Of a stretch of 64,000 bases of DNA, positions 1 to 10,800 are shown piece by piece (positions within the stretch are counted from its first letter, which is position 1; the number at the start of each line of letters is the position of its first letter). A program made the translations under genes and the position numbers. The stretch spans positions 41,064 to 105,063 of IMG/VR virus record IMGVR_UViG_3300009177_000029. One strand, given 5' to 3'. Origin of the DNA: a virus. Taxonomy: Duplodnaviria > Heunggongvirae > Uroviricota > Caudoviricetes. The notes beneath the pieces were generated by a model, which did no database searches, was not told the origin of the DNA, and saw nothing but the letters and a program-made list of their open reading frames with translations.

Positions 1-776
1 ATGCGGCGAACCGCCAAGCAGTCGTAGATACCCTCGACAAGAATCGCATGCTTGTCAAAAGGTTTGACGTAGGGCCAGAGAGTTCGGTGGACCTCGGACT
101 CGGGAGCCATGAGATACTTCATCTCGCCCTTGTCTTTGATCGAAATGTCACGACCCTGCCACGAGACAAGTTCGTGCTGTCCACCGTAGATGGGAACCAC
201 CACACGGTTGCCTAGGTCACCACGACGCTTGCCCTTGGAGTCATGTACTGCCAACGAAGGCTCGGGCGTGTAGTGAGCCTGGATCGCACGAATCTCGAAT
301 GGTGTCAGACCGCGACCGACCAAGTAGTCCCAGAAGCGAGCGTTCTCTTCTGTGCGCTCTTCCAAAGGCTTGAGTCCCTTCGGTATAGAACGAATGGTCT
401 TGATGTCCGCAATCTTGGCTTGTGCGCTCTCATGGTCATCCGCCAAGCCATCACGCAACTCGGCTTCAAGCTCTGCATCCTCAGGCGTAATCGCAGCATA
501 CTCACGAATCAGACGAGTCATTGCCTGATAGCGAGTGATGTTCTCGGTGATAGCCACGAAGTCAAAGACGTCGTAGTTACCCAGCTTGAAGTTGCACTTG
601 AAGCAGTTGAAGACTTTCTTCTTCGGGTTGATGTAACACTTGTACTTGTCTTCTCCGCAGAGCGGACAACAAATGCGCAGTTCGTCCGAAGGAGTCCACT
701 TGACTGTGTGGTGCTCCTGTACGTACGAGTCCCATTCGAACTCGCGCTTGACTCTGTTTAGAAGACTTGCTCTCAT
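1..776 (-). CDS. DNA primase (3'-truncated by window edge)
   Basis: Not in the ORF track. My translation from ATG at 776 gives MRASLLNRVKREFEW...ICCPLCGEDKYKCYINPKKKVFNCFKC (zinc-binding domain) and ends HAILVEGIYDCLAVRR (TOPRIM EGxxD). ATGA overlap with upstream gene. Confidence 0.85.
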   Translation of the reverse strand, partial: MRASLLNRVKREFEWDSYVQEHHTVKWTPSDELRICCPLCGEDKYKCYINPKKKVFNCFKCNFKLGNYDVFDFVAITENITRYQAMTRLIREYAAITPEDAELEAELRDGLADDHESAQAKIADIKTIRSIPKGLKPLEERTEENARFWDYLVGRGLTPFEIRAIQAHYTPEPSLAVHDSKGKRRGDLGNRVVVPIYGGQHELVSWQGRDISIKDKGEMKYLMAPESEVHRTLWPYVKPFDKHAILVEGIYDCLAVRR

Positions 777-1102
777 GCTGCGTCGTCCGGTACCGAAGGT
801 CCGTCGAGGATACTGCGAATCTGTGCGATGATCTCGCTCTGTGAGATTTGCAAAGGCTTGGACTTTTCGTCCTTACTCATCGTGAGCTTGGTAACTAGCT
901 TTCCGATGTCCTCAGCAACCTCTGTCGTCTTCTTTGCCTTCGCTACTTCATCGGTAGCGAACTTCAAGCAGACAGTACAAATACACACGCCGGATGCCCA
1001 TGCGAAGCATGCGTCATCTACTTGAGACATACAGAAGCTACAGACAATCGTCTTGTATCGCGAGCGAGCCCTACGAACCGCAATGTCTTCACTCATGTTC
1101 AT
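773..1102 (-). CDS. Small protein with ClpX-type C4 zinc finger
   Basis: CSFC-x17-CICTVC resembles the ClpX N-terminal CSFC...ICDEC domain. Confidence 0.55.
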   Translation of the reverse strand: MNMSEDIAVRRARSRYKTIVCSFCMSQVDDACFAWASGVCICTVCLKFATDEVAKAKKTTEVAEDIGKLVTKLTMSKDEKSKPLQISQSEIIAQIRSILDGPSVPDDAA

Positions 1103-1104
1103 CC

Positions 1105-2508
1105 TCAGTCTAGGATTACTGCACCATTGATGTCTTCCGGTACCTCGGCGAGTTCTACCTCATCCGGTGTTACCACGTCCGAGACGTTAGCATGTGCGGT
1201 TCCGTTCTGCAATGCCGTGTCGTTGACAGAGCCTGCGTAGAACGTCATGTGTTCGAAGTCTGTGGCAATCTTGATGGTGCGCTCAGACGGACCATTGCGG
1301 TTCTTCTTCATGAAGAGACGCATGATGTTGTCTTCACGCTCATCTTTGTTCTGGGCCATGATGATGAGTGCATCGGCTGTGTACATACGCGAGATAGAAC
1401 CAGCCAAACCAGATTCGTCCGGAGTCTCTTGCACCATGCCGCCACGGTTCAACTGTAGGGCGGACCAGACGCGAGTGTTGAACTCTTTCGTCATACCACG
1501 GCAAGCCTTCGCAATAGCAGCTTGCTCTTGGTTGATATCATGGTAGTGACGGTGCGGCTTCATGAGGTCCAAGTAGTCAATGATGACTAGACCTGGCTTC
1601 ACGCCGATAGATGCAAGCTGCTTGTAGTGGGCCTTGATGGTGTTGATGCTTGCTTCATCTTCTGGGTATTCCTTGATGATGAGCGAGTTGCCAAACTTCT
1701 CATGATAGGTGTGCAGTTCCTCGTACACCTTCGAGTTCAACGACTTCAACTCTTGCGGCTTGATATGGCAGAAGAGTGAGTCGAAACGGTCAGCGATGTC
1801 TTCTTGAGAAAGCTCAAGCGTGTAGTAGACAACCTGCTGCCCAAGCAACACGCCTACTCGTGCAAGCCATTCCAAGAAGATGGACTTACCGCGACCGGAA
1901 CCACCAACAACAAGACCCATCTGCTTGTTCTTGAGGCCGCCATACATCATGGCGTCTAGTTCGGGGATGCCAGTAGACAGTCTACGGATTTCATCACGCT
2001 GGTCGCGTTGCGCCAAACGTGCCTCGAACTCAGCAAAGAAGTTGTGTCCAACCGTGAGAATGTCCATTCCCTTGTTACGGGCGACTTCTACACGCTCGAC
2101 AACTTCATCCCAAGCTTCGTTCTTGATCAACTCCATCGAGTCAAGGATGGCCTGCTTCATCGCCTGACGACGAACGAACTTGCCAAACGTTGCCTGGATG
2201 TGCTCCTCCTCGAAAGGAAGGACTGGTTGCTTGATGAAGTTGTAGTAGCCTACTACTTTGTCAACTTCGTGTTCACGAATACTCTTCGTCTTAGCTGCCT
2301 TGAGCAACTCTTCACGAAGAGTAATCTGTGTGAGAGGAATCGGCGAACTAGAAATGGTCTGGTAGTACCACTGTAGTGCGCGGTTCGCGAAGTGTTCGAT
2401 CTCGATCGTCTCACGAGCAATAGAGGTGAACTGAGGATTCTGTAGCATGTAGCCAAGAACCTTCACCTGATATTCCTCGCTGTAAAACAGCGTGTCTTTC
2501 TCAGTCAT
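1105..2508 (-). CDS. Replicative DnaB-like (SF4) helicase
   Basis: Walker A GGSGRGKS, YYTLELS, VIIDYLDLM, SALQLNR, KNRNG. Start placed at MTEKDTLF (TAATG overlap at 2508). Confidence 0.93.
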   Translation of the reverse strand: MTEKDTLFYSEEYQVKVLGYMLQNPQFTSIARETIEIEHFANRALQWYYQTISSSPIPLTQITLREELLKAAKTKSIREHEVDKVVGYYNFIKQPVLPFEEEHIQATFGKFVRRQAMKQAILDSMELIKNEAWDEVVERVEVARNKGMDILTVGHNFFAEFEARLAQRDQRDEIRRLSTGIPELDAMMYGGLKNKQMGLVVGGSGRGKSIFLEWLARVGVLLGQQVVYYTLELSQEDIADRFDSLFCHIKPQELKSLNSKVYEELHTYHEKFGNSLIIKEYPEDEASINTIKAHYKQLASIGVKPGLVIIDYLDLMKPHRHYHDINQEQAAIAKACRGMTKEFNTRVWSALQLNRGGMVQETPDESGLAGSISRMYTADALIIMAQNKDEREDNIMRLFMKKNRNGPSERTIKIATDFEHMTFYAGSVNDTALQNGTAHANVSDVVTPDEVELAEVPEDINGAVILD

Positions 2509-3146
2509 TACTTTCCTGTCATTTTGCGCCAAACGGGATCAGCATTCAGGTAGATATCTGGGAATGCGATCAGGCGCGTGAGCACCAGCTTACGGTACAC
2601 GTCCTCACGCGTCAACCCTTGGGCGCGCATCACATCGTTCATCTGACGCTCGCAACGCTTGAACAACTCTACGGTTCCTACGTTGGCTGGAACGTTGTTC
2701 GTACTTACCTTCTCAGGCTTGACTACACTCGCACGCAATACAGCAGCGTCGGTAGTCAACACGTGAGGCTTTGGAGCCGTCTTGAACGTGTTGTGGTAGA
2801 AGGTGAACTGCGCCTTGATGAAGGTCTCAGAATCGACACCTGAGTCCTCCACAGCCTTGCGAACGCGCTTCCACAGAGCAAGCCCGTGTGGTGTGAATGG
2901 CTGACCATAGTAGCTGTACAGTGGCTTGCGTTCGTATGATTCCAACGTGCGCATGTACAAGTCGCGAAGTTGGTACTCAGCAAAGTGCTCACTGCCTGCG
3001 AACGGAGAGGTTCCGTTCACCACAGCAGTGGCACGCTCGGCCGTTGAAACTACACGCTTTTCCTGGGTCTCGGAAAAGGCAACGCTACGCTTGGCAGCAG
3101 TAAGCTTCTGCTGCCTGAGAACTGCAATCACATCAACCATGCTCAC
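2508..3146 (-). CDS. Hypothetical protein in replication module
   Basis: 212-aa ORF translationally coupled to both neighbours. Confidence 0.7.
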   Translation of the reverse strand: MSMVDVIAVLRQQKLTAAKRSVAFSETQEKRVVSTAERATAVVNGTSPFAGSEHFAEYQLRDLYMRTLESYERKPLYSYYGQPFTPHGLALWKRVRKAVEDSGVDSETFIKAQFTFYHNTFKTAPKPHVLTTDAAVLRASVVKPEKVSTNNVPANVGTVELFKRCERQMNDVMRAQGLTREDVYRKLVLTRLIAFPDIYLNADPVWRKMTGK

Positions 3147-3514
3147 ACCTTTGAAAGCTTTTCGTAGGCGCTCTTAACACGCTTGAACTGCTCCTCATCG
3201 CCGCCACGATCTGGATGCAACTCTTTAGCCAGCGCCTTCCACGCAGCGTCTATGATAACCCGAGGAGCGCCGGGACGCAAGTGTAGTATCGCCCACGGAT
3301 CGTCGCCGACTGTCGTAGTTCCGCTACTGTTCATCATCTGCCGAACCTGGTCTGCAAACTTGTCGTGGACATACCAACGATGCGACCCAGACTCTCCTGC
3401 AAAGGTGCGGAATGTCGATGGAATGCTTCGGCGTACGAACTCCAAGACACGAGCGTTTGGACGTACTACTTCCCACCAGTTAGCCCACTGGCCTGTACCC
3501 TTCTTTAGTTCCAT
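3143..3514 (-). CDS. DnaJ (J-domain) protein
   Basis: C-terminal AWKALAKELHPDRGGDEEQFKRVKSAYEKL with HPD motif. Confidence 0.88.
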   Translation of the reverse strand: MELKKGTGQWANWWEVVRPNARVLEFVRRSIPSTFRTFAGESGSHRWYVHDKFADQVRQMMNSSGTTTVGDDPWAILHLRPGAPRVIIDAAWKALAKELHPDRGGDEEQFKRVKSAYEKLSKV

Positions 3515-3918
3515 GTCAGGTCGACCTCCTCTTGCGTACGATACGCATAGAAGCCGGTGCCCATAGCTACCTGAGTAGGACGCAAAGGATTCTGTGGACG
3601 AGGAAAGTGTGCGTACTTGCTAACCAAGCGCACGCGCTTGAACGCCAAGTAATGAATGTCTGCACGAAGTGGCGGCTCTACGGCACGCTCCAACTTCGTC
3701 ATACGAGCACAGTCTACGGACAGGATGTGGTTGACTGTATCGTTCGCAATCACCATGCCCATGAAGTTCTGCAAGTCATCCTTGTCGAACCTGTCATGAC
3801 GAGACGGTACATCACGAAAGATTGTGCCATCTGCTCGGCGCTGCTTACGCAGTGCGTAGCCAATCTTCATCCATCCGAGAATCGAGTCTCCGGGTCTAAG
3901 CTCGCTTATCTTTCGCAT
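3505..3918 (-). CDS. Hypothetical protein
   Basis: 137-aa ORF overlapping both neighbours in operon. Confidence 0.65.
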   Translation of the reverse strand: MRKISELRPGDSILGWMKIGYALRKQRRADGTIFRDVPSRHDRFDKDDLQNFMGMVIANDTVNHILSVDCARMTKLERAVEPPLRADIHYLAFKRVRLVSKYAHFPRPQNPLRPTQVAMGTGFYAYRTQEEVDLTWN

Positions 3919-5353
3919 TCCACAGCCTGGCTATTAGTTTAGCATCTGGCTGGGATTGGTACAACGGAAAGCATTCCTCCTTCTTGTAGTCCTCGTACCT
4001 TTGTAGCGAGTGCCTAAGAAGGTGGTCATGCGTATAGTTCGCGAACTCTACGGCAATGAGCTTGTCGCCACGTAGACCTCGACCTAGACGTTGCATGGTC
4101 TTGATTCGGCTCTTACGAGAACCGGCCAAGATGAGCGCATCAATAGTTGGTACGTCCACACCTTCGTCCAGAATGGTCGAAGCAATGAGGACTGGAAGCC
4201 TACGCTCACCGAAGTCCTGTAATCCAGACTGTCGTACTTCCGTAGTTTCCTTGCCGTTGATGAACAAGTGTGGAATGAACGCACCGTCTACCGCAGTCCA
4301 GAGAGCAGCGTCGATGAGCTTTCCGTGCTCAATCTGTTCGCACAAGATGAGCGTAGATAGTCCGTTGTCCGTGAATGCTCTTGTCCAATCTACGATCAGA
4401 GAAAGAGCATTTGGGTTCTCTACTATACCCTGCTTGTACGCAGTAGCATACGTCGTCTTCTTAGGCAGCATTGGTGCTGTGACCTTGGAGAAGATGACAT
4501 GTGTACGCGCGGAGATACCACGGTCAACCAAAAACTTGTTGGGGATGTCTACGATGATCGGACCAATCGCCGCCAACAAACAAATATTGGCACCGTCAGT
4601 ACGGTCCATAGGAGTTCCAGAAAGACCAAAGCGATAGTTCGCAGGACAAGCAGTACAAACACTGTACCAAGTCTCGCTACCCGCATGATGGCACTCATCC
4701 ACGAAAAGAACCTGAGTATTCGCAAGTAGATCCTGGCACGCTTGTTGCTCGAAGCGGGATTCAAGCGTATCCACCGTCGCGATTGTAACCCAGGAACCTG
4801 GCTCCCAGATACCATCGCCAACCAAGCCGACCTCTGCATCTGTAACTCCTAGTCTCTTCTTGAAGCGGTCACGTGCCTGGTACAACAGCTCTCGTGTTGT
4901 CACCATGAACAGCGTTGGCTGTCGAAGATACTGAGTGATTGCACAAGCAATCTCTGTCTTGCCGCCGTTGGTGGCAATACGCAAGATACCCTGCTTTGCT
5001 TCTACCGCCTTTTCTGCTGCGGCAAGTTGGTAGTCAAACTTGCCCTCCATCTTGACACCGATGAGATCGTACGTGCTACCTTGAGGTGCCAGCGGTGTAC
5101 GATGGTCATTCACCTCGTACTGCACGCTTGCTACATCGAGCACATGCTTCACAATGTCAAGTAGGCCAGTAGGGAAAGCGCCTGTGTTCGTCTTGAACAA
5201 GTGCTTGCGACCGTCCCACACACCCTTGCGGTATGCCTTCGAAAACTCGGCGCCCTCTACTGCGTATGAAGTAGCTTCACGAACTGCATTGAGAGGATAC
5301 TTGCCGGTGAGCTTCGAGATTGGTCCGTAGATATCAATGATGGCTTGTTGCAT
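3896..5353 (-). CDS. SF2 DExH helicase (UvsW-like)
   Basis: ATNGGKT, VDECHH, GLSGT, ILDEGVD, QRLGRGLR motifs. Confidence 0.92.
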   Translation of the reverse strand: MQQAIIDIYGPISKLTGKYPLNAVREATSYAVEGAEFSKAYRKGVWDGRKHLFKTNTGAFPTGLLDIVKHVLDVASVQYEVNDHRTPLAPQGSTYDLIGVKMEGKFDYQLAAAEKAVEAKQGILRIATNGGKTEIACAITQYLRQPTLFMVTTRELLYQARDRFKKRLGVTDAEVGLVGDGIWEPGSWVTIATVDTLESRFEQQACQDLLANTQVLFVDECHHAGSETWYSVCTACPANYRFGLSGTPMDRTDGANICLLAAIGPIIVDIPNKFLVDRGISARTHVIFSKVTAPMLPKKTTYATAYKQGIVENPNALSLIVDWTRAFTDNGLSTLILCEQIEHGKLIDAALWTAVDGAFIPHLFINGKETTEVRQSGLQDFGERRLPVLIASTILDEGVDVPTIDALILAGSRKSRIKTMQRLGRGLRGDKLIAVEFANYTHDHLLRHSLQRYEDYKKEECFPLYQSQPDAKLIARLWNAKDKRA

Positions 5354-5789
5354 TCTTGATCAGGCTTTCTACAGGAATGAGCTTTGGAGTTGGTGCCATC
5401 AACAAGAACTCGTCTGTTGGAAACCAACTAAACGTCAAGCCCTCACGTTGAAACTTCTTGAAGGCTGACTGGTTGAGCGTCATCACGACAGGTTCGGACA
5501 TGTCGCGAGTAAACACCCCAGCTCTGATTGAGTTTGGGCGATCGCGGTATTTGAAGTATGCGATGATTTGCTTCGCGTCAGGAAGTACGTGGGTGAATAG
5601 GTAGTTGACACGCTTTGCGAGGATGTCCATGCAGCTCTTATTCGCTGGACAGTTGTCGTTGTTGAGGCAGAAGAGTGGCGATAGCTGCGGGTATGGCTCA
5701 ATCAGCGTCATGCACTCTGGATAGATATATCGGAGAGGCATGAAAACTGAGTGCTTCTGGAACGTGAAGAATACTACCGCTTCTTTCAT
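5334..5789 (-). CDS. Hypothetical protein
   Basis: 151-aa ORF in operon. Confidence 0.6.
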   Translation of the reverse strand: MKEAVVFFTFQKHSVFMPLRYIYPECMTLIEPYPQLSPLFCLNNDNCPANKSCMDILAKRVNYLFTHVLPDAKQIIAYFKYRDRPNSIRAGVFTRDMSEPVVMTLNQSAFKKFQREGLTFSWFPTDEFLLMAPTPKLIPVESLIKNATSHH

Positions 5790-5792
5790 CTG

Positions 5793-6140
5793 TCACCAAA
5801 TCAGTGCCATGGAGTCTGCCACATCCTTGAAACGCTTACGTGTTTCTTCACGGAAGGCATTGAACTCTTCACGCAGCGTATTGAACGCCTTGTAGTGTTC
5901 ACGTAGCTGCTTAGCCTCGGTCTCCAAATCCCTTACTTTGGATTCCAGGACCATAATCTGCTGCTTCTGTGCCGTAACCTTTTGCATGGTCAGGTTCACG
6001 TGCTGGTTCAAACCCTGGAAAGCTTCACGCAAACGATTCGCTTCGGCGATCGTGATAGGCTGCTGGGAAGCCTTGAACTCCGGGTTTGATACTGCGTGCA
6101 TGAACGCAGCGATTTCTTCGGGCGTGTGGATTTCGTTCAT
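5793..6140 (-). CDS. Coiled-coil hypothetical protein
   Basis: Start trimmed to MNEIHTPEE (ATGA overlap with upstream stop); heptad-rich. Confidence 0.65.
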   Translation of the reverse strand: MNEIHTPEEIAAFMHAVSNPEFKASQQPITIAEANRLREAFQGLNQHVNLTMQKVTAQKQQIMVLESKVRDLETEAKQLREHYKAFNTLREEFNAFREETRKRFKDVADSMALIW

Positions 6141-6607
6141 CGGTGCTCTAGTCCTAGGATGAGGCCCAGCACAATCGTAGTCACTGCAAAAGCTGCTGCC
6201 AAACTCCATGGAATCCAAGACCAATCTGGCTGATTCTGTGCTTGACGAAGTGCCGCATCTGCTTGCTCCCACTGTTGGGTGAGCCGTGTACGCTCTGCTG
6301 TCAGCGTCGTGATCTGGCTTGTTGCGGCGTCCAACGACAGGTGAAGCTCGTCGCTAGCATGCGACAAAGCTGCGATCTGTGCAAGGTCTGCCGTGTGTGC
6401 ATTGGTCAGAAAACGCAAGTCCTCGTCAATCTGTAGGAGCGCTTGATACTCTCCGAGATTGAAGCACTGATACGTCTGACCAGACGACTGGCAACGGATA
6501 CCAGCCGGAAGACGGAAACGTGTGATGGTGTCCTGTGCCATCGCCATGCCGGGTGCGCCAAAGAGCATCACCACGACTAGTAAAGCTGCAATGATCTTCT
6601 TCATCAC
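6137..6607 (-). CDS. Signal peptide + coiled coil + C-terminal TM protein (spanin-like, tentative)
   Basis: MKKIIAALLVVVMLFGAPGMAMA signal; C-terminal WSLAAAFAVTTIVLGLILGL. Confidence 0.45.
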   Translation of the reverse strand: MMKKIIAALLVVVMLFGAPGMAMAQDTITRFRLPAGIRCQSSGQTYQCFNLGEYQALLQIDEDLRFLTNAHTADLAQIAALSHASDELHLSLDAATSQITTLTAERTRLTQQWEQADAALRQAQNQPDWSWIPWSLAAAFAVTTIVLGLILGLEHR

Positions 6608-6993
6608 TTCACCTTGCTGTCTACATCAGACCAAGACGAAATACCTGCGATGATTTGCGTGTTACGCTCGTGCTGGTCCTGTAGTGCTTGAATCTGCTGC
6701 TGGATAGCCTCGGCCTGTTGCTGGGCGGCTGCTGCCGCCTCTGCATGCTGCTGCTGGGCCTGTGCGTCCTGTGCGAGCTGTTGGTTCGTCTGCGCCTGGC
6801 GTACGGCCTCCTGAGCGACGTCACGCTGTGCTTCGAGGCCAGCAATCTGAGAGCCTCGTGCGCTAGCTGTGATTGCCCAAATCGCGGCTGCTACTACGGT
6901 AGCAAGAACTACGAAGATACCAACGATCCACTTTCGCCATCCAGTGGGGTTGGACTTCTTGTAGTTGTCAATCCATTCGAGTAGTTGGTTCAT
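6604..6993 (-). CDS. N-terminal TM + coiled coil protein (i-spanin-like, tentative)
   Basis: WIVGIFVVLATVVAAAIWAI followed by Q/A-rich coiled coil. Confidence 0.5.
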   Translation of the reverse strand: MNQLLEWIDNYKKSNPTGWRKWIVGIFVVLATVVAAAIWAITASARGSQIAGLEAQRDVAQEAVRQAQTNQQLAQDAQAQQQHAEAAAAAQQQAEAIQQQIQALQDQHERNTQIIAGISSWSDVDSKVK

Positions 6994-7520
6994 GGGAACT
7001 CGTCATTTCTGGAACCACCAATCTGGTCGTCCTGTAGAGAGATAGCAGAAACCACGGCATGAAGCAAGGAGTCCAAACGCTTGTCAAAATGTGAAGGCAA
7101 GGACTTCAACATGAGCATAGTCTTGGTTACACGTGCTTGTGTTGGAGCAGTGAAACCATTCATTGCAGGTACACCATCGAGAGTGTCAAGTGAAGCAAAC
7201 GAAATGTTGTAGTAGGCACCATCTGTGAACGGTGTCGTTTCAAGGTACACATAGTCTGCAATCAGCACACCTTGTGCGGGCGGAATCACGCGTACAATAG
7301 CAACAGCATCTGCCGTTACAGGTGTGTCAGTACGGACCACGGCTGCATAGTTCGTAGCATCTGTATACGAAGCGTTTACAATGACCTGGGTGTTGAGCTG
7401 CAAGCGAATATAGGTCGGCGAGATAAAGCGTACAGTGTCAATCTGTACGTTACCGGAAACGGATGGTTGTCCGCCACCCCACGGTGTAGTGCCCCACGGA
7501 CCTGTACCCCACGTCATCAA
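6990..7520 (-). CDS. Probable virion/baseplate-associated protein
   Basis: WGTGPWGTTPWGGG N-terminus, beta-rich body, follows tailspike gene. Confidence 0.5.
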   Translation of the reverse strand: MMTWGTGPWGTTPWGGGQPSVSGNVQIDTVRFISPTYIRLQLNTQVIVNASYTDATNYAAVVRTDTPVTADAVAIVRVIPPAQGVLIADYVYLETTPFTDGAYYNISFASLDTLDGVPAMNGFTAPTQARVTKTMLMLKSLPSHFDKRLDSLLHAVVSAISLQDDQIGGSRNDEFP

Positions 7521-7855
7521 CGCACCTCGTGTGTATCGTCTCGCTCTACTTCTACCTTCGTAGTTTCAGCTACGCGCGTTTCTACTACAACAGGCGCTTG
7601 TCCACGTCCGCGAAGAAGTGGATGACCAAAGAAGCCAGCGATTGCGGCGATTGCTGCAAGCAACGCACTCAAGCCTGGTCCCAAGATCGTTAGCCACGGA
7701 AGGCCAACGAGGATACTGAGAACCTCAGCCTTGACCATCAACAAGAAGAGAGTAGGTGCTCCAAACGCACACACAACGAACACAGACAAGAGAACTGCCT
7801 GTGGCCAGTGGATGTTGTCGAAGTATGCCTTGATGTCTTTGAATGTCATGTTCAC
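7517..7855 (-). CDS. Holin-like membrane protein
   Basis: 112 aa, 2-3 hydrophobic segments, charged C-tail. Confidence 0.45.
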   Translation of the reverse strand: MNMTFKDIKAYFDNIHWPQAVLLSVFVVCAFGAPTLFLLMVKAEVLSILVGLPWLTILGPGLSALLAAIAAIAGFFGHPLLRGRGQAPVVVETRVAETTKVEVERDDTHEVR

Positions 7856-7856
7856 C

Positions 7857-10800
7857 TCACTGCAACTTGTTCAATCCGCCGTAAGCACCTGCGCCAGCAC
7901 CTGTGCCGTAGTCCCATGTAGTTGCACCGATAGAACCTACTGCCGGTACGATAGTACCTGCTGCGACTGCTGTTCCGACGTTGTTACCGATTACGTAACC
8001 GTAACGGTAGTTGGTTGTGTCGAAATCCAACTCACCACCAGAAAGGGTCGAACCGTCACCAGTAACCAAGTTACCCGTGATTACGTGCTGGTCCCAAGTA
8101 CCGCCAACCAAGTCATCCTTGTATACGATACCACGACCTTCGATAACTCCAACACTGTTCCAATCCACTAGGTTGTTCGAGCACACTGTAGATGCGATAG
8201 CACCGCGCACACGAATACCGATTCGGTTTGGGTTGTTGGCTAGAAGAGCACCAGTCTTCACACCAGAAAGCATGTTGTCACAGATAGACACACAACGTGC
8301 TACTGCCGTCTGACAGAACACCGAGATACCGATGTGTGTGATGTCGTTCGCACTGTAAGTTGTCTCTTGGATGACGTTGCCGTGAACCTTCGTGTTCAAC
8401 GAGCCGTTACCAAGTTCAAGAGACATTGCAACCGCGCTTGCCGTAGTGCTACGCCACACAATCACGTTCTCCGATACACTGCCATCGATTGCACCACCCA
8501 CGCCATTGAGCGCGATGGTCTGCCCGCCACCCGTGCTAGAGCGGCAGTGGTTGCGTTCGATGATGTATCCGTTCAAGCCAACCGAAGGTGCGGCCACCAC
8601 GATGCAGTGGAAAGCATTTGATTGGGTAGCTGCGATAGCCTGGTCAACGATGTTGTCGGTGATTACCAAGCCCTTCGAGTTGGTGGTAGCATTCTGGAAG
8701 CGAATACCAGCACCAGACTGTAGGATCGTTCCGAACGAGCACTCAACACCAGACACGATGTTCTGTGTGATTCTTGCTGGACCGCAGTTCTGCACCTCGA
8801 TACCGGATGCGATTCCTGTTGGTGCAGCGAAGACACCGAAAACATCGTTGTCCGAAATCGAAACGCTTGGCGCACGACTCGTGATGTTGTTCTGGTTCGC
8901 TACGAAGATGCCGTATGCCGCAGCCGTCGAACCTGTGTCGCCGATGGAATCAAGGCGGTTGCCCTTGATCTTCACGTTTGCTACGTTCGTTCCACCAGGG
9001 TTCATGTAGATACCGCTTGCTACAGTTGGCGAAGCAATACCCTCAGCGAAGTTGTCACTGATGATGAACTGGTCCTGGTTGTTGCTGCTTCCTGGAACAA
9101 AGCGAACGAAGCTACCTTCATCATCGCCTGCGTTGATAGCGAAGCAAGTGTTACCAGATACGTCGTACTTTCCACCAAAGAACGAACTGAAAGCGTTCGT
9201 AAGTTCGATAGCAACGCGGATACCGATACCAGAGCTGGCGCCCAAGTTCGTGAACATGTTGTCTCGGATGATCAGTCTGTTGATTCCTGGGTCATTCAAG
9301 AGACGGATACCATATACGTTGTCGTGTTCTGCACTTTCGGCAAACACGTTGCTCTTGATTTCCAAGTCACACGAGAGCATACCGCCGACTGGACCACCAA
9401 CACGCACCATCTCTTGCATACGAGTGCAGTAGTTACGAGACCAAGATGCCTTCGTAAGCGAATGCTGGTCAAGCTGTGCACCGACGATGAACGAGCCCAC
9501 GTTACAATCAATCGTGTTGTCATCTACCACGATGTCAGAAGCAGCCTGTGTGCTCTTGAGCCACAACAGCATGTTCGTGAAACCAGCCGCGGTTGTACCG
9601 CCCGTGTAGTTGAAGTAGTTCTCAGTGATGTGCACGCGGTTAGTACCGGCTGCCGTGTTCCAGAAGCCGAACACGTATGCGTTGCCTGTTACGGCTGGCA
9701 AAGTGAATCGGTTGTTCTGAGCTACTACACCACTTACGGCTCCGGTCACACCAGCGCCCACAGCAGTTACGCTTGTGATGCTCATCTGGTTGTTAGTGAT
9801 GACTAGACGAGTTACAGATCCGTCCGCAAGTGCGTATGGCGCCAAGCAGGCTCCGAAGCACTCGTCGATTACTACGTCATTCACACTGGATGCGATGAAG
9901 AATCCAGTAGTAGAAATCAAGCACTTGTTGAAGCGCGAGTTCGTCAACGTCGAGGTAATCGTTGAGCCGATGATGATAGACGCTCCCGACGAGCCTACGA
10001 ACGTAGAGCTGGACGCGGATACGCCTGCATTCACGTTCACAAGACGAACCTGTCCAGTGAATGCACAGTAGTCGAACTGCACGTTTGTTGCAGCAGACAC
10101 GTCTAGGATGTTCACGGCTGCACCACCAGCACGCTGGTAAGCGATGTTCGTGAAGCGTAGAGTTGCGGTCGTAGAGATTGCTGCGCCAGTCGTGTTCGTG
10201 CTTGAGAACACAGTCGTTGCGAAGTTCTCACCAATGAACGTCACCGACTTTGCGATAGCGACCGTCGTTGGAAAACTATACGTACCAGCCTTTACAAAGA
10301 TGGTTCCACCACTTGCTGGAAGTGCAGCAACTGCGGCAGTCAACATCGCCGAAGCATCTGAGAATGCCGTGACGTTGAAATCACCGAAAGACGTAGCGCC
10401 GTTACCAATCGAGACGCTGTTGGAACGCGCACCCTGTACACCACCCGCTTGGTCAAACCAACGAGGACGGGATGCGAATGCGATCGGAGGCGCTGCCGCT
10501 ACCACATCGGGACGCATAGAACCGAACTTCAACTCACGAATCTGAGCAGAGAGTGCGTCAATCTGGTCCTTCAACGAGCGGATGTTGAGGTCATCGCGAG
10601 CACCGAATACTTCCTTCGACATGGTGAGTGCGCTACCGCGAGTCTCATTCGCCTGCCAAAGACGTTGTGCTGGGTCTGGGTGACCTGGCGTTGCCAACAA
10701 AGAATCCTGAGCTGGGTCACTTGGATCTGTGCGTTCGCGCACAAGCATCGCAGTGCCGGACGTTACACGAACGATTGCGCCAGCCTTGTGAGGAGAACCC

